DNA of 64,000 nucleotides from a virus: UHGV virus genome UHGV-0125821, one strand, 5' to 3'. A model generated the notes under the pieces. The model had not been told where the DNA came from and searched no databases. It was given only the letters and a program-made list of their open reading frames with translations. Both the position numbers and the translations under genes were made by a program. Position 1 is the stretch's first letter. Each line of letters begins with the position of its first letter. Below are positions 55,360 through 64,000 of this stretch, in pieces.

Positions 55360-58300
55360 ATGGATATCAGCCCGTTAGTGACGTTGAACAATTGCCACAA
55401 TGGCGAGCACTCCATATGTCAAAAGCCCTGGAAGAAAAATACAAAGCTCAAGCCGGGAAACGTTGTCGCCGCTGGTAAAAGAGAGGTTATTTTGAAAGAG
55501 AATAAAGACCGTATCGCAATAATTGACGCTATTCAGGGGGCGAGCACAAACGAACTTAAGGCTCTTGCTGAGATCAAAGATGCCATTCTTTCTGGGGCAA
55601 GCACCATAACTCAACAGGCCGAAAGGCAAGGCAGAGTTAGCAACAGACTATCACGCAGGCGTAAAGAGTACGAGCAAAGTACATCTGATAGCGTTAGAGA
55701 TGTCCAAACTAACCCATATAAAAAACGTCTCCCTGCTAAAAAGGAAAGGGCACCGTTAAACCAAACCGTGGACCGCTCTATCGTTGCAACGAACACACCA
55801 GAAAGTGTTCGCTCCGTGCAATCACGTCAGACCATCCGAAAATCGGACGGTTTTATACCGGTAGCTGCTAATTCAGCCCCTCTTGAACCACAATCCCCCC
55901 AAAGTCTAAAAGGCCCGCTGCGGGATAGTAATGGACGTTTTGTATCCCAAAAAAGCAATGAGGATGTAGCCAGAAAAAAAGAATTGCAGAACGCACGTAA
56001 AGCCGACGCAAAATTACAAGCTGGCTTTCTCAGAAAGCTAGGTTCCATTATGGGGGTAGATGGCAATCGGTCTTCCAGTGAAGAGTCTTTAACAAATGCA
56101 GCTGGTGTCGGTGCTGGTGGGCCGTTCTGGATGGCGGCTCGTGGCATGTACGACATAACTAAAGAGATCACAGGTAAAGCAGAATCTCTTAAAGAATGGG
56201 TAGAAAAGGGGAAAAAAGAAACATCAACCTCGAAAGCAATATCACCAGTAATTACTTATCCGGCGGCGGTGAATTCTCAAAAAGCAACATCTGCAAAAGC
56301 GTTCAATAACGCTGTTGAGACAAAATCCGCACAAGCAGTAGAAGAGCAAACCAAAATCCTTCAGACCAATGACAACAAAATAATTGATGGTCTGGAAAAT
56401 GTTTCTGACGAGATAGTTAAGCTTCGGAAATCAGTGTCTTCTGGAAATAAGTTCGGCTTAAGTGATCTCTGGAAAAATCGAGCAAGCAGAAGAAATAAAA
56501 TCAATATTGGTGATCAGACGGGAAAAAATAAACGGAACAAATCGAAAAGGAAAGGACGCAATCTTGGGAAAAAAGCACTCTCCGCTGGCGAAAAAGTTGC
56601 TGCCGGTAGCGCTGCGGCTGGCACTGGTGTCGGAGCAGCAAAAGTAGTTAAAAATAAGATCAGCAAACCCAAAGATGTAAGCACTATCAGCGATACATCA
56701 AAGGGGATTGCAAAGGAAACAAAAAATACTGCTAAGGCCGTGAAGTCAGCTGGTGTTGTGGCTGAAGATGCCACCATTAAAACCGGCGAAGCCATTGCAA
56801 AGAAAAAAACTGAATCTGTAGCCCTCAAAAGTGCTGCAAAAATAGGTGTTAAATCAGCAGCATCCACAGCGGCAAGAGCGGTCCCTATCATCGGTTCGCT
56901 GGCAATGGCTGGATATGACGCCATAGATGGTTACACAGATACAGAGGCGCAAAAGGCAGCCTTTGGCTTAAGTGATGATAATGCTGTATCCACACAGCAA
57001 AAAACCGCTTATGCAGCAGCTAATGTGCTTGATATGGGCGGCTTAGTGTCGGGTGCAACCAACCTAATAGGCAAAGGGATTTCTGCGTTAGGCTTTGAAG
57101 GGGCAGGTGAAAAACTTCAGAATTTTAACACTGGAGATATTGCTCGTGACATAAATAGTTCTATAGACACGACAAAAACCGTATTCAGCAGCCTAAAAGA
57201 ATCGTTCTCATCAAGCAGCGAAGGCACTGCGCAGGTTAAGAAAGCCGTTGAAGATGGCACCAAGCAAACGGTAACCGCAATTAATAACCTGGGCCGACAG
57301 CTACAAGGCGGGCGTGATGGTGAAGATGGTGTTGGTGAGCACGGGTATACTTCCCCGGCTGAATTTAATGCGCCTACCAGTAACACCATTGCTGCGGATC
57401 TGAATATTGGTGGCAGCAACGCTAAAAACCGCAATTATCGGAATAATAATCTCGGGAACCTTGTTTTCGCCAATCAGGAAGGGGCGACGCTGGAAGCACC
57501 GAATGCAAAAGGTGAACAGCGTTTTGCTCGATTCAACACGCCTGAAGAAGGGATCAGGGCGTTGGCAAACCAAGTGTCAAGCTATTACAACGGCACCAGT
57601 GCCGCAGCAGGACATCAGAAGTTACAGACGGTATCAAGCATCATTTCCAAATGGGCGCCGCCAAATGAGAACAATACCAATCAATATATTGATAACGTCA
57701 GTAAATATCTTGGCGTCTCGCCTAATGAAAAAATAGACGTCAGCAACCCAGAGGTTATGACGCAATTAGTTCGTGCAATAGCGACGAAAGAAGGTGGAAA
57801 CCCGGCGGTTAACAATGAGTTCATAAAGAATGCTCTTGGGGCATTCAACGCAAATACTGGTCGTTGGGAAGGGCGGTTCTCCGATGAAACATTGGCGCGG
57901 CTTAATAAAATTCAGCAAGAGAATGGCGGTCAACTAATTGCTCGTGATTCGCAATATAGCGTTGGTCGCAAGGTGAAATATGCTGATGGTACATCTCCAG
58001 CACAACCTGTATTGAATGCAGTTCCAACAGCAACACCTAAGCCAATTGAAGTTGCACAACATGCCCAGGCCGCCAAAAAGCCACAAAAAAAAGGTAACCA
58101 ACCACAACCGATTAATCCAGAGAACGCTGATGTTAATACCGGCTCTCCATCGAGTTTGCTTGAGCGGTTAATCGCAATAAATGAAAGCGGAATCAGTGGT
58201 GCAAGTAATTTATTTGGCGGCGCGGCTACCAGCCTTGCTGGAACAAGTCTGGACCTGGTAAAGGATTTTGCGTCGGCTACTTCGTTTGGTTCTATATCTT

Positions 58301-59529
58301 CGCTTTCCGAAAAAGCGAAAGGAATGGATCAGGCTCTTACTGAAAAGATATCCGGCTTAACCGGTAAATCTTTTGGATTTAAAAAAGCTTCTCAAGTGGC
58401 TGATATCGCAACAGCCATACAACAAAAACGCACTGTTAATCACGATACAGAAATCATTGATCTACTTCCGGGAGATCAAGTATCCCCTTCTACTCCGAAA
58501 ACTCCACAGCAGGAGCAGGCTCTAGCAATCAGCCAGGCTATGGCGGGCTTTTCGTCTGCAGCGCCAGCACCGAAAACCCCACAGCAGGAGCAGGCTCTAG
58601 CAATCAGCCAGGCTATGGCGGGCTTTTCATCTGCAGCGCCAGCACCGAAAACCCCACAGCAGGAGCAGGCTCTAGCAATCAGTCAGGCTATGGCGGGCTT
58701 TTCGTCTGCAGCGCCAGCACCGAAAACCCCACAGCAGGAGCAGGCTCTAGCAATCAACCAGGCTATGGCGGGCTTTTCGTCTGCAGCACCAGCACCGAAA
58801 ACCCCACAGCAGGAGCAGGCTCTAGCAATCAACCAGGCTATGTCGGGAGCTGCGCCAGTAGTTACCTCTGGAAAACGAACTATCACGGCACCAAGTGATG
58901 TGCAGATTTATGACAACGGCTACAAGGTGGTTACAGGTGAGGATAAGAGCTTCTTTGGTTCGCTATTTGATTCCACGGTGTCAGGGCTTAAACAGGCAGG
59001 AACCGCAGTAATTCCTGCCGTTGGCGATAACCTTTCACGACTTGTTGGGGGGATTGATAGTACAGGGATATTGAACGATCTTGTAATGCAGTCTACTGGG
59101 CAGAATAGTGCGATTGCGCGAGCTATTAGCCCATTAACAAGAAATGTTGGAGACTGGCTGAATGGGGGGATTCAACAAACCGCTAATAGCATTAGGGGAA
59201 TAGCAACTGGTGCCAATAACGCCATATTTGGCTCTGCTTCAGCTGTGCAAGAACCTTTTCTTGCTATGCCGCCACAACTCCCTACTGTAACCGATCTCGC
59301 ACGAAGCGGAATAAGACAACCATTAACTACTGACACTATAAATAACGATCCTGCTATGTTGAAGGCGCTGGATAACATCTGCTCTATCCTGAACGATCTG
59401 CTGAATGTGAACAAGAACAATACAAAAGGCGATCCGGATAATGTTGTCAAAACATCGCAGCCGCAGCCGCGACCACGTGCGAGCACAACTATTAATGACC
59501 AGTCGCTGGATGCTCTGCTTGAGGATTAA
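55360..59529 (+). CDS. tail tape measure protein candidate
   Basis: 1389 aa, Ala/Gly/Lys-rich, upstream of baseplate genes; contains 25-aa tandem repeats. Confidence 0.7.
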   Translation: MDISPLVTLNNCHNGEHSICQKPWKKNTKLKPGNVVAAGKREVILKENKDRIAIIDAIQGASTNELKALAEIKDAILSGASTITQQAERQGRVSNRLSRRRKEYEQSTSDSVRDVQTNPYKKRLPAKKERAPLNQTVDRSIVATNTPESVRSVQSRQTIRKSDGFIPVAANSAPLEPQSPQSLKGPLRDSNGRFVSQKSNEDVARKKELQNARKADAKLQAGFLRKLGSIMGVDGNRSSSEESLTNAAGVGAGGPFWMAARGMYDITKEITGKAESLKEWVEKGKKETSTSKAISPVITYPAAVNSQKATSAKAFNNAVETKSAQAVEEQTKILQTNDNKIIDGLENVSDEIVKLRKSVSSGNKFGLSDLWKNRASRRNKINIGDQTGKNKRNKSKRKGRNLGKKALSAGEKVAAGSAAAGTGVGAAKVVKNKISKPKDVSTISDTSKGIAKETKNTAKAVKSAGVVAEDATIKTGEAIAKKKTESVALKSAAKIGVKSAASTAARAVPIIGSLAMAGYDAIDGYTDTEAQKAAFGLSDDNAVSTQQKTAYAAANVLDMGGLVSGATNLIGKGISALGFEGAGEKLQNFNTGDIARDINSSIDTTKTVFSSLKESFSSSSEGTAQVKKAVEDGTKQTVTAINNLGRQLQGGRDGEDGVGEHGYTSPAEFNAPTSNTIAADLNIGGSNAKNRNYRNNNLGNLVFANQEGATLEAPNAKGEQRFARFNTPEEGIRALANQVSSYYNGTSAAAGHQKLQTVSSIISKWAPPNENNTNQYIDNVSKYLGVSPNEKIDVSNPEVMTQLVRAIATKEGGNPAVNNEFIKNALGAFNANTGRWEGRFSDETLARLNKIQQENGGQLIARDSQYSVGRKVKYADGTSPAQPVLNAVPTATPKPIEVAQHAQAAKKPQKKGNQPQPINPENADVNTGSPSSLLERLIAINESGISGASNLFGGAATSLAGTSLDLVKDFASATSFGSISSLSEKAKGMDQALTEKISGLTGKSFGFKKASQVADIATAIQQKRTVNHDTEIIDLLPGDQVSPSTPKTPQQEQALAISQAMAGFSSAAPAPKTPQQEQALAISQAMAGFSSAAPAPKTPQQEQALAISQAMAGFSSAAPAPKTPQQEQALAINQAMAGFSSAAPAPKTPQQEQALAINQAMSGAAPVVTSGKRTITAPSDVQIYDNGYKVVTGEDKSFFGSLFDSTVSGLKQAGTAVIPAVGDNLSRLVGGIDSTGILNDLVMQSTGQNSAIARAISPLTRNVGDWLNGGIQQTANSIRGIATGANNAIFGSASAVQEPFLAMPPQLPTVTDLARSGIRQPLTTDTINNDPAMLKALDNICSILNDLLNVNKNNTKGDPDNVVKTSQPQPRPRASTTINDQSLDALLED
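58495..58869 (+). repeat. in-frame 75-bp tandem repeat, about 4.6 copies
   Basis: unit encodes PKTPQQEQALAISQAMAGFSSAAPA; copies differ by 1-3 substitutions. Confidence 0.85.
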
Positions 59530-59534
59530 TACTG

Positions 59535-59909
59535 ATGCTTTACGAAATAGACGCAAGACTTCAAACGAATGAGAGCGGTGTCATTATTGCAGAAGGAAGT
59601 ACCGCAGCATGGATGGCCCGACTTGACGAGTGGCTACGAACCCCTGAAGGGAGTGTTTATGGTTTACCCTCTTGGGGGAGTCCAATGGAAGAATTTAAGC
59701 ATGAACCATTCGGCTCTGAAACTTCGCACATAGTTGAAGTGGCTATTGAAGGGAGAATGATGAAAAAACTACGACAAGACTTGCCAGGTTTGGATGTGCA
59801 GGGGATTCGTTGCACATCAATTTCTGAAGATTCTTTATTAATTAGTTTTTATGCGAAAGGTGGGAGCATGGATATTGTTATGCAGAAATCAAGTGGGGTG
59901 GGCGCGTGA
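59535..59909 (+). CDS. baseplate wedge protein (gpW/gp25-like)
   Basis: 124 aa, position before gpJ-like gene. Confidence 0.55.
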   Translation: MLYEIDARLQTNESGVIIAEGSTAAWMARLDEWLRTPEGSVYGLPSWGSPMEEFKHEPFGSETSHIVEVAIEGRMMKKLRQDLPGLDVQGIRCTSISEDSLLISFYAKGGSMDIVMQKSSGVGA

Positions 59910-61336
59910 CGATTACAGAATTACTGGACAAATTTAACGCCAAGTTAAATGAAAACACATGGTGGTCACGATTTGTAAATAGTCAGTTTGTGCAGATGCA
60001 CGCTATATTCGGATCGCAGCTTATTTATATTGCCCGTACATTTGCAAGCCGCGGCCTCACTGAGGGACTTATTTCAACGGCAACGCGTCGCTCAAGTATT
60101 TTAGCGGTTGCTGAAGACCGTAGCTACGTAGGGCGATTTGTTAGTGCTTCATACGGAACAACGTCTATAACCAATAAAACTGATCGGGATATTACGTTAC
60201 CAGCCGGGGCTGAATTGCTTGCCAATGACCAAACACCTTTGGCAATTATTAACAGTGTTGTAATTCCTGCTGGAGGAACTGTTTCTGGCGTAGAAACTAA
60301 ACAGCATGAAGCTGTTAGCATTACATTTGATATTGAGAAGGAAACTTTATTTCTGACATTGTTGCTTTCCAGAGAGTTAACAAAAGAAGTCTCTAGCCTG
60401 GATGTTTATGTTATTACAGATGGAGTAGAAGAAAAATGGACATATAACCCATTATTTAGAATGTCCAGAGACAAGAGTAAGCACTATTCATTGGCATATA
60501 AACCTACAGAACAACTTGGAGTCAAGTTTGGTGATGGTTCTATGGGTATGATGCCTCCAGCAGGCTGTCAGGTTCGAATCGATGTTATGGCTAGCCTTGG
60601 CGACTATACTTTGGCTGAAGGACAAAAGTTAGAACCGGCTGGAAATATCGCTCAATATGTGGAGTCACTAGAGTTTAAAACTGATTCGATCATTACCGGT
60701 GGTAGTGGTATGGAAACTACAGAAGAAACTCGAAATCGTGCTCAGTATTATGTTGCATACGATGAACAAGTGGTATGGGGCGGTGATTATCGCCAATTCA
60801 TTCAGAATGTTGTTCATGGAACTTCATGGTTGAACGTTTGGGGCGAAGCGTTACAAGAGAAAATAACTGGGTTTGACGTTCGAAACATCAACAAAATTTT
60901 CTTTTGCGGACATAAGCCGGGTGTAAGCCAGGCTCAGCTAAAATCAGAAATACTGAAAGCTCTAGAGAATGTTCCAAATGAGTTGAACAAGCGGTTCGAG
61001 TATGTAGATACAAATGAACAGCCATTTACTATAAATTTTATAGGTATTGCACGTAAAAATGTTCTGATAGACGATGCTCAAAATGCTATTAAAGCAGCAT
61101 TGGAAGATAATTTTGGCCGTGATTCGTCATCATTCAGTTTATTACTACAGAGTGATGATGATTCCCAACAATGTTATGCACAGGTAAAAGTTAAAGATAT
61201 TTGGCGAGTAATAGAGTCTCTGGATATGTTTCTGTCTTACGACATAACAATACAAAATATGAAAGATGCTGTTTACTTTAATGACTTCATTTATCTTAAC
61301 GTAAAATCTTCAACGTTCAGCATTTCTTACCCGTAA
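59906..61336 (+). CDS. baseplate protein (gpJ-like)
   Basis: 476 aa, position and size. Confidence 0.6.
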   Translation: MTITELLDKFNAKLNENTWWSRFVNSQFVQMHAIFGSQLIYIARTFASRGLTEGLISTATRRSSILAVAEDRSYVGRFVSASYGTTSITNKTDRDITLPAGAELLANDQTPLAIINSVVIPAGGTVSGVETKQHEAVSITFDIEKETLFLTLLLSRELTKEVSSLDVYVITDGVEEKWTYNPLFRMSRDKSKHYSLAYKPTEQLGVKFGDGSMGMMPPAGCQVRIDVMASLGDYTLAEGQKLEPAGNIAQYVESLEFKTDSIITGGSGMETTEETRNRAQYYVAYDEQVVWGGDYRQFIQNVVHGTSWLNVWGEALQEKITGFDVRNINKIFFCGHKPGVSQAQLKSEILKALENVPNELNKRFEYVDTNEQPFTINFIGIARKNVLIDDAQNAIKAALEDNFGRDSSSFSLLLQSDDDSQQCYAQVKVKDIWRVIESLDMFLSYDITIQNMKDAVYFNDFIYLNVKSSTFSISYP

Positions 61337-61346
61337 TGAGGTTAGC

Positions 61347-62192
61347 ATGAAAGATAATTGGCTTAAGGAACGATTAACTAAAGTAAAACAGGATTCACAT
61401 CTCTGGAGTGCATTTATAGACGCTTTACAGGATGTCTGGAATGAGGCAGTAGAACCAATATTAACAAGAATAAGTAACAGAAAATCCTTCTTCACTATGG
61501 ACAGTGAGGATATGGATGCCCGCATTGCTGAATACGGGCGTTTTTTCGTTATCACTGAAAAAGATAAGGACCGTAGGCCAATGCTGCTGGCGCAACGTTT
61601 AGATGAAGTGCACTTTAAAGGCACTATCTTGCCTATTGAGCAGACATTCTGGCGTGAATTCGGTTGTATTCCTGTTAGTTGGGAACCGCTGTATGCACCT
61701 GTAAATATAGAAAAACACCCCTATGGTTCATATTTTGCGACCGAAATAGAAATACCTACGGCACAGGCTCAATTCGGTGAGTTCTTCCTGACATCAAGGG
61801 GGCTGGTCGTTGTTGATCAGAACAAGCTATATCGCTCATATGGAGAGCAGGATAAAGAAGCCGCTGTGCAGAAATTGTTATCTGACTTCGAAACAGTAAT
61901 AGCCCCTTTGTTGCCATTGCATATTGTTTTTGATGGCGTCTCGTTTCGGCTTAGTGCTGTATTCCCTGAAGTGGCAGAAATACTAAATTGCTTGTCTACG
62001 GATGTTTCGGTAATTGAAGGTGTTTATGTTACTGAGAGTATGGCTGATATGCTATCCCGTAGTGATACCTCCTGCCAGGTAAACAATATTTCTCTTAACG
62101 CCATACAGAACAGAACGGCAGAAAAGCAATTACATCTTGATGTAACCCCACTCGATGCGTGGCCTTTGGATTACCACCTTCAACCTGTTTAA
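61347..62192 (+). CDS. baseplate protein (gpI-like)
   Basis: 281 aa following gpJ-like gene. Confidence 0.5.
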   Translation: MKDNWLKERLTKVKQDSHLWSAFIDALQDVWNEAVEPILTRISNRKSFFTMDSEDMDARIAEYGRFFVITEKDKDRRPMLLAQRLDEVHFKGTILPIEQTFWREFGCIPVSWEPLYAPVNIEKHPYGSYFATEIEIPTAQAQFGEFFLTSRGLVVVDQNKLYRSYGEQDKEAAVQKLLSDFETVIAPLLPLHIVFDGVSFRLSAVFPEVAEILNCLSTDVSVIEGVYVTESMADMLSRSDTSCQVNNISLNAIQNRTAEKQLHLDVTPLDAWPLDYHLQPV

Positions 62193-62286
62193 TAATTCTT
62201 CCCCCAAATGCGGGGGAAGAACAACGGAAATCACAAACTGAGCATACTCTCCTTTGGTTCATTGCTTATGAAGGGGCTATGTTCGT

Positions 62287-62733
62287 ATGGCTGAAAATTT
62301 AAAGGCAAGAGATGGTAACCGCCTGTATAAGGCGCAATTGCTTTCCTACTATTATTCACGCCGCGCTGAGTCGGCGATCGGCAAAGGTGCGCGTTTTGTT
62401 ATCTCTAAGGCGTATTGGTGCAAATCTAGTCTGGTAACTGCTAATGGTGCAGGAGGCTGGAATATAGCGGACATTCCACTCGATTTTAAATTGAGAAACG
62501 CTCAACAGTTTGCTGTGTCCGATCTGATATTGTCCAGTGTGGATGGGATTATCACTATCAATGCAGCCTTCCCTCAAGAAAGAATGCCGGATAACACGCC
62601 TTACGACTTTAACACGCTTGTGCTTGTTGATGCTGAGGAACAGGCTTTTGCTGTGCTTTGCACCCAGCAAGACACCCTCTATAAAGGTAAACGTTACAGT
62701 ATTCTCATGACAATCGAGCAAGTTGAGGGGTGA
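62287..62733 (+). CDS. hypothetical tail protein
   Basis: 148-aa ORF before tail fibre gene. Confidence 0.5.
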   Translation: MAENLKARDGNRLYKAQLLSYYYSRRAESAIGKGARFVISKAYWCKSSLVTANGAGGWNIADIPLDFKLRNAQQFAVSDLILSSVDGIITINAAFPQERMPDNTPYDFNTLVLVDAEEQAFAVLCTQQDTLYKGKRYSILMTIEQVEG

Positions 62734-62735
62734 TT

Positions 62736-64000
62736 ATGGGTGCTGATAAAACGAACAACATAATGACACTATCCTCTGGTGTCTCACAGCCGTTGCTTGC
62801 TGATGTTCAATATTTCGAACTCTATAGTAGTTCGGCTCTTAACAGAAAACTTAAAAATATTGTTTTGCCGGGCTTTTACTGTGGATTTGAACCAGTTCCC
62901 GGCACAGGGTTGAGCGTCCGTATAACTTCTGAAAACTCAGAAGGTAAAGGGGCTGCTTCAGTAGATGTAAATAATGTTCAGATATCCGTTCAGCAAATAG
63001 AAGATGTGACTGTCTCGGTAAAGGCTGGGGCTACCAACATTATTGTGCTGGAAGCCAATTTTGAACATGGTGTAAAAACGACACAGGTAGAGAGCGCATC
63101 TTCTGTCAGTGCTGCAAGAATTTACGCGCGTACGGACAATACTATTGGGCAGAATCAAATTGAATTATGTCGAGTTATCGTGCCTAACGGCGCAACGGCT
63201 GTGACTAAAGAAATGATTGTGCTTAAATACCGGGTTAACCGTGCTGTTGGTGTCGAATTCTCTAATGAAATAAGCAGTACAGAAGAAAGAAAAGCGGCTA
63301 CACCTCTGGCTGTCAAAACTCTCCATGATTTGGTTGATACAAAAGCTCCGCTCGATAGTCCACATCTGTCAGGTACGCCGACTTCGCCGACACCTGAACC
63401 CGGTACAAACAACACACAGATCGCAAATGCGGCCTTTGTTAAGGCAGCTATAACGGCACTTATCAACGGTGCACCTGGCACATTGGATACGCTGAAAGAA
63501 ATAGCGGCTGCGATCAATAACGACCCGAATTTCAGCACAACTATCAACAATGCTCTGGCCCTTAAAGCGCCTTTAGCAAGTCCTGCATTAACGGGAATAC
63601 CTACTGCGCCTACCGCTGCACAGGGTACGAATAACACGCAGATTGCTACGACCGCTTATGTAAGAGCTGCTATCTCTGCATTGGTCGGCTCATCACCTGA
63701 AGCTCTTGATACCCTGAATGAGCTTGCAGCAGCACTGGGCAATGACCCGAACTTTGCGACAACAATGACAAATGCGCTGGCAGGCAAACAGCCTCTGGAT
63801 GCAACTTTAACCGCGCTCGCTGCCCTTGCGACTGGTGCAAACAAACTGCCTTATTTCACTGGTAAGGATACGGTAGCGCAGACTGATTTAACGTCAGTCG
63901 GTCGCGATATTCTGGCTAAAACAAGCACACTGGCCGTTATCCAATACCTTGGTTTAAGAGAACTCGGTACCAGCGGTGAAAAGATCCCCCTGTTGAGCAC
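62736..64000 (+). CDS. tail fibre protein, 3-prime partial (runs off window)
   Basis: open frame from ATG 62736 to window end; two copies of a ~55-aa GTNNTQIA...NDPNF...T(I/M)(N/T)NALA motif. Confidence 0.7.
   Translation, partial: MGADKTNNIMTLSSGVSQPLLADVQYFELYSSSALNRKLKNIVLPGFYCGFEPVPGTGLSVRITSENSEGKGAASVDVNNVQISVQQIEDVTVSVKAGATNIIVLEANFEHGVKTTQVESASSVSAARIYARTDNTIGQNQIELCRVIVPNGATAVTKEMIVLKYRVNRAVGVEFSNEISSTEERKAATPLAVKTLHDLVDTKAPLDSPHLSGTPTSPTPEPGTNNTQIANAAFVKAAITALINGAPGTLDTLKEIAAAINNDPNFSTTINNALALKAPLASPALTGIPTAPTAAQGTNNTQIATTAYVRAAISALVGSSPEALDTLNELAAALGNDPNFATTMTNALAGKQPLDATLTALAALATGANKLPYFTGKDTVAQTDLTSVGRDILAKTSTLAVIQYLGLRELGTSGEKIPLLS

Larger units (their letters stand above)
1..64000. 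mobile_element. segment of a P1-family phage-plasmid (D6-like)
   Basis: Cre-like recombinase plus rox-like 32-mer, phd-doc, iteron RepA, ParMR and ParFG, contractile-tail genes, read from ORF translations. Confidence 0.8.

Noticed and set aside
58495-58869. Tandem 75-bp repeats as a possible CRISPR array
   Set aside because: Units are contiguous with no unique spacers, are in frame within a 1389-aa ORF and encode a 25-aa repeat; no cas genes nearby
56514-58886. Minus-strand track ORFs (136, 105, 90 and 67 aa) inside the tape measure gene
   Set aside because: Antisense to a long continuous plus-strand ORF with clear repeat structure; composition artefacts
1-64000. Search for IS elements, transposases, reverse transcriptases, Cas proteins or large defence ATPases/nucleases
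   Set aside because: None of the ORF translations show transposase DDE or HTH signatures, RT motifs or Cas-like domains; accessory content instead takes the form of small membrane proteins, toxin-antitoxin modules and AT-rich islets

Overview
The window reads as one contiguous piece of a P1-family phage-plasmid (a temperate contractile-tail phage kept as a low-copy plasmid), most likely D6-like. The anchor is a Cre-like tyrosine recombinase (9099-10127) 150 bp downstream of a 32-bp site that matches the rox site of Dre as I recall it. Other recognisable content: P1-type phd-doc, humD with a LexA box, hot, dUTPase, small and large terminase with a GATC-rich pac-like cluster, Dam methylase, RdgC, an iteron RepA replicon, two partition systems (ParF/ParG-like and ParM/ParR), overlapped spanins, contractile-tail structural genes (capsid candidate, sheath, tube, ~1389-aa tape measure, baseplate, PAAR, tail fibre) and a tRNA island. 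Strongest leads: (1) an enterobacterial-type glnS sitting between dam and the partition loci; (2) two AT-rich cargo islets (26.2-28.2 kb and 30.7-31.7 kb) encoding membrane and secreted proteins of no recognisable family, the second next to higBA and an orphan antitoxin-like fragment; (3) a dispersed operator-like motif (core TGTTAGAAAAC) at eight or more intergenic sites; (4) a stand-alone ClpX zinc-binding-domain look-alike; (5) an Ea22-like paralog array whose conserved C-terminal codons double as the next gene's ribosome-binding site; (6) a slippery heptamer at the end of the capsid-candidate gene followed by Ig-like fragments. No CRISPR array, transposase, reverse transcriptase or known multi-gene defence system was seen. 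Everything is from reading the sequence and recalled protein families, with no searches run; CDS coordinates follow the ORF track (some starts adjusted), and hand-read non-ORF coordinates may be off by a few bases.
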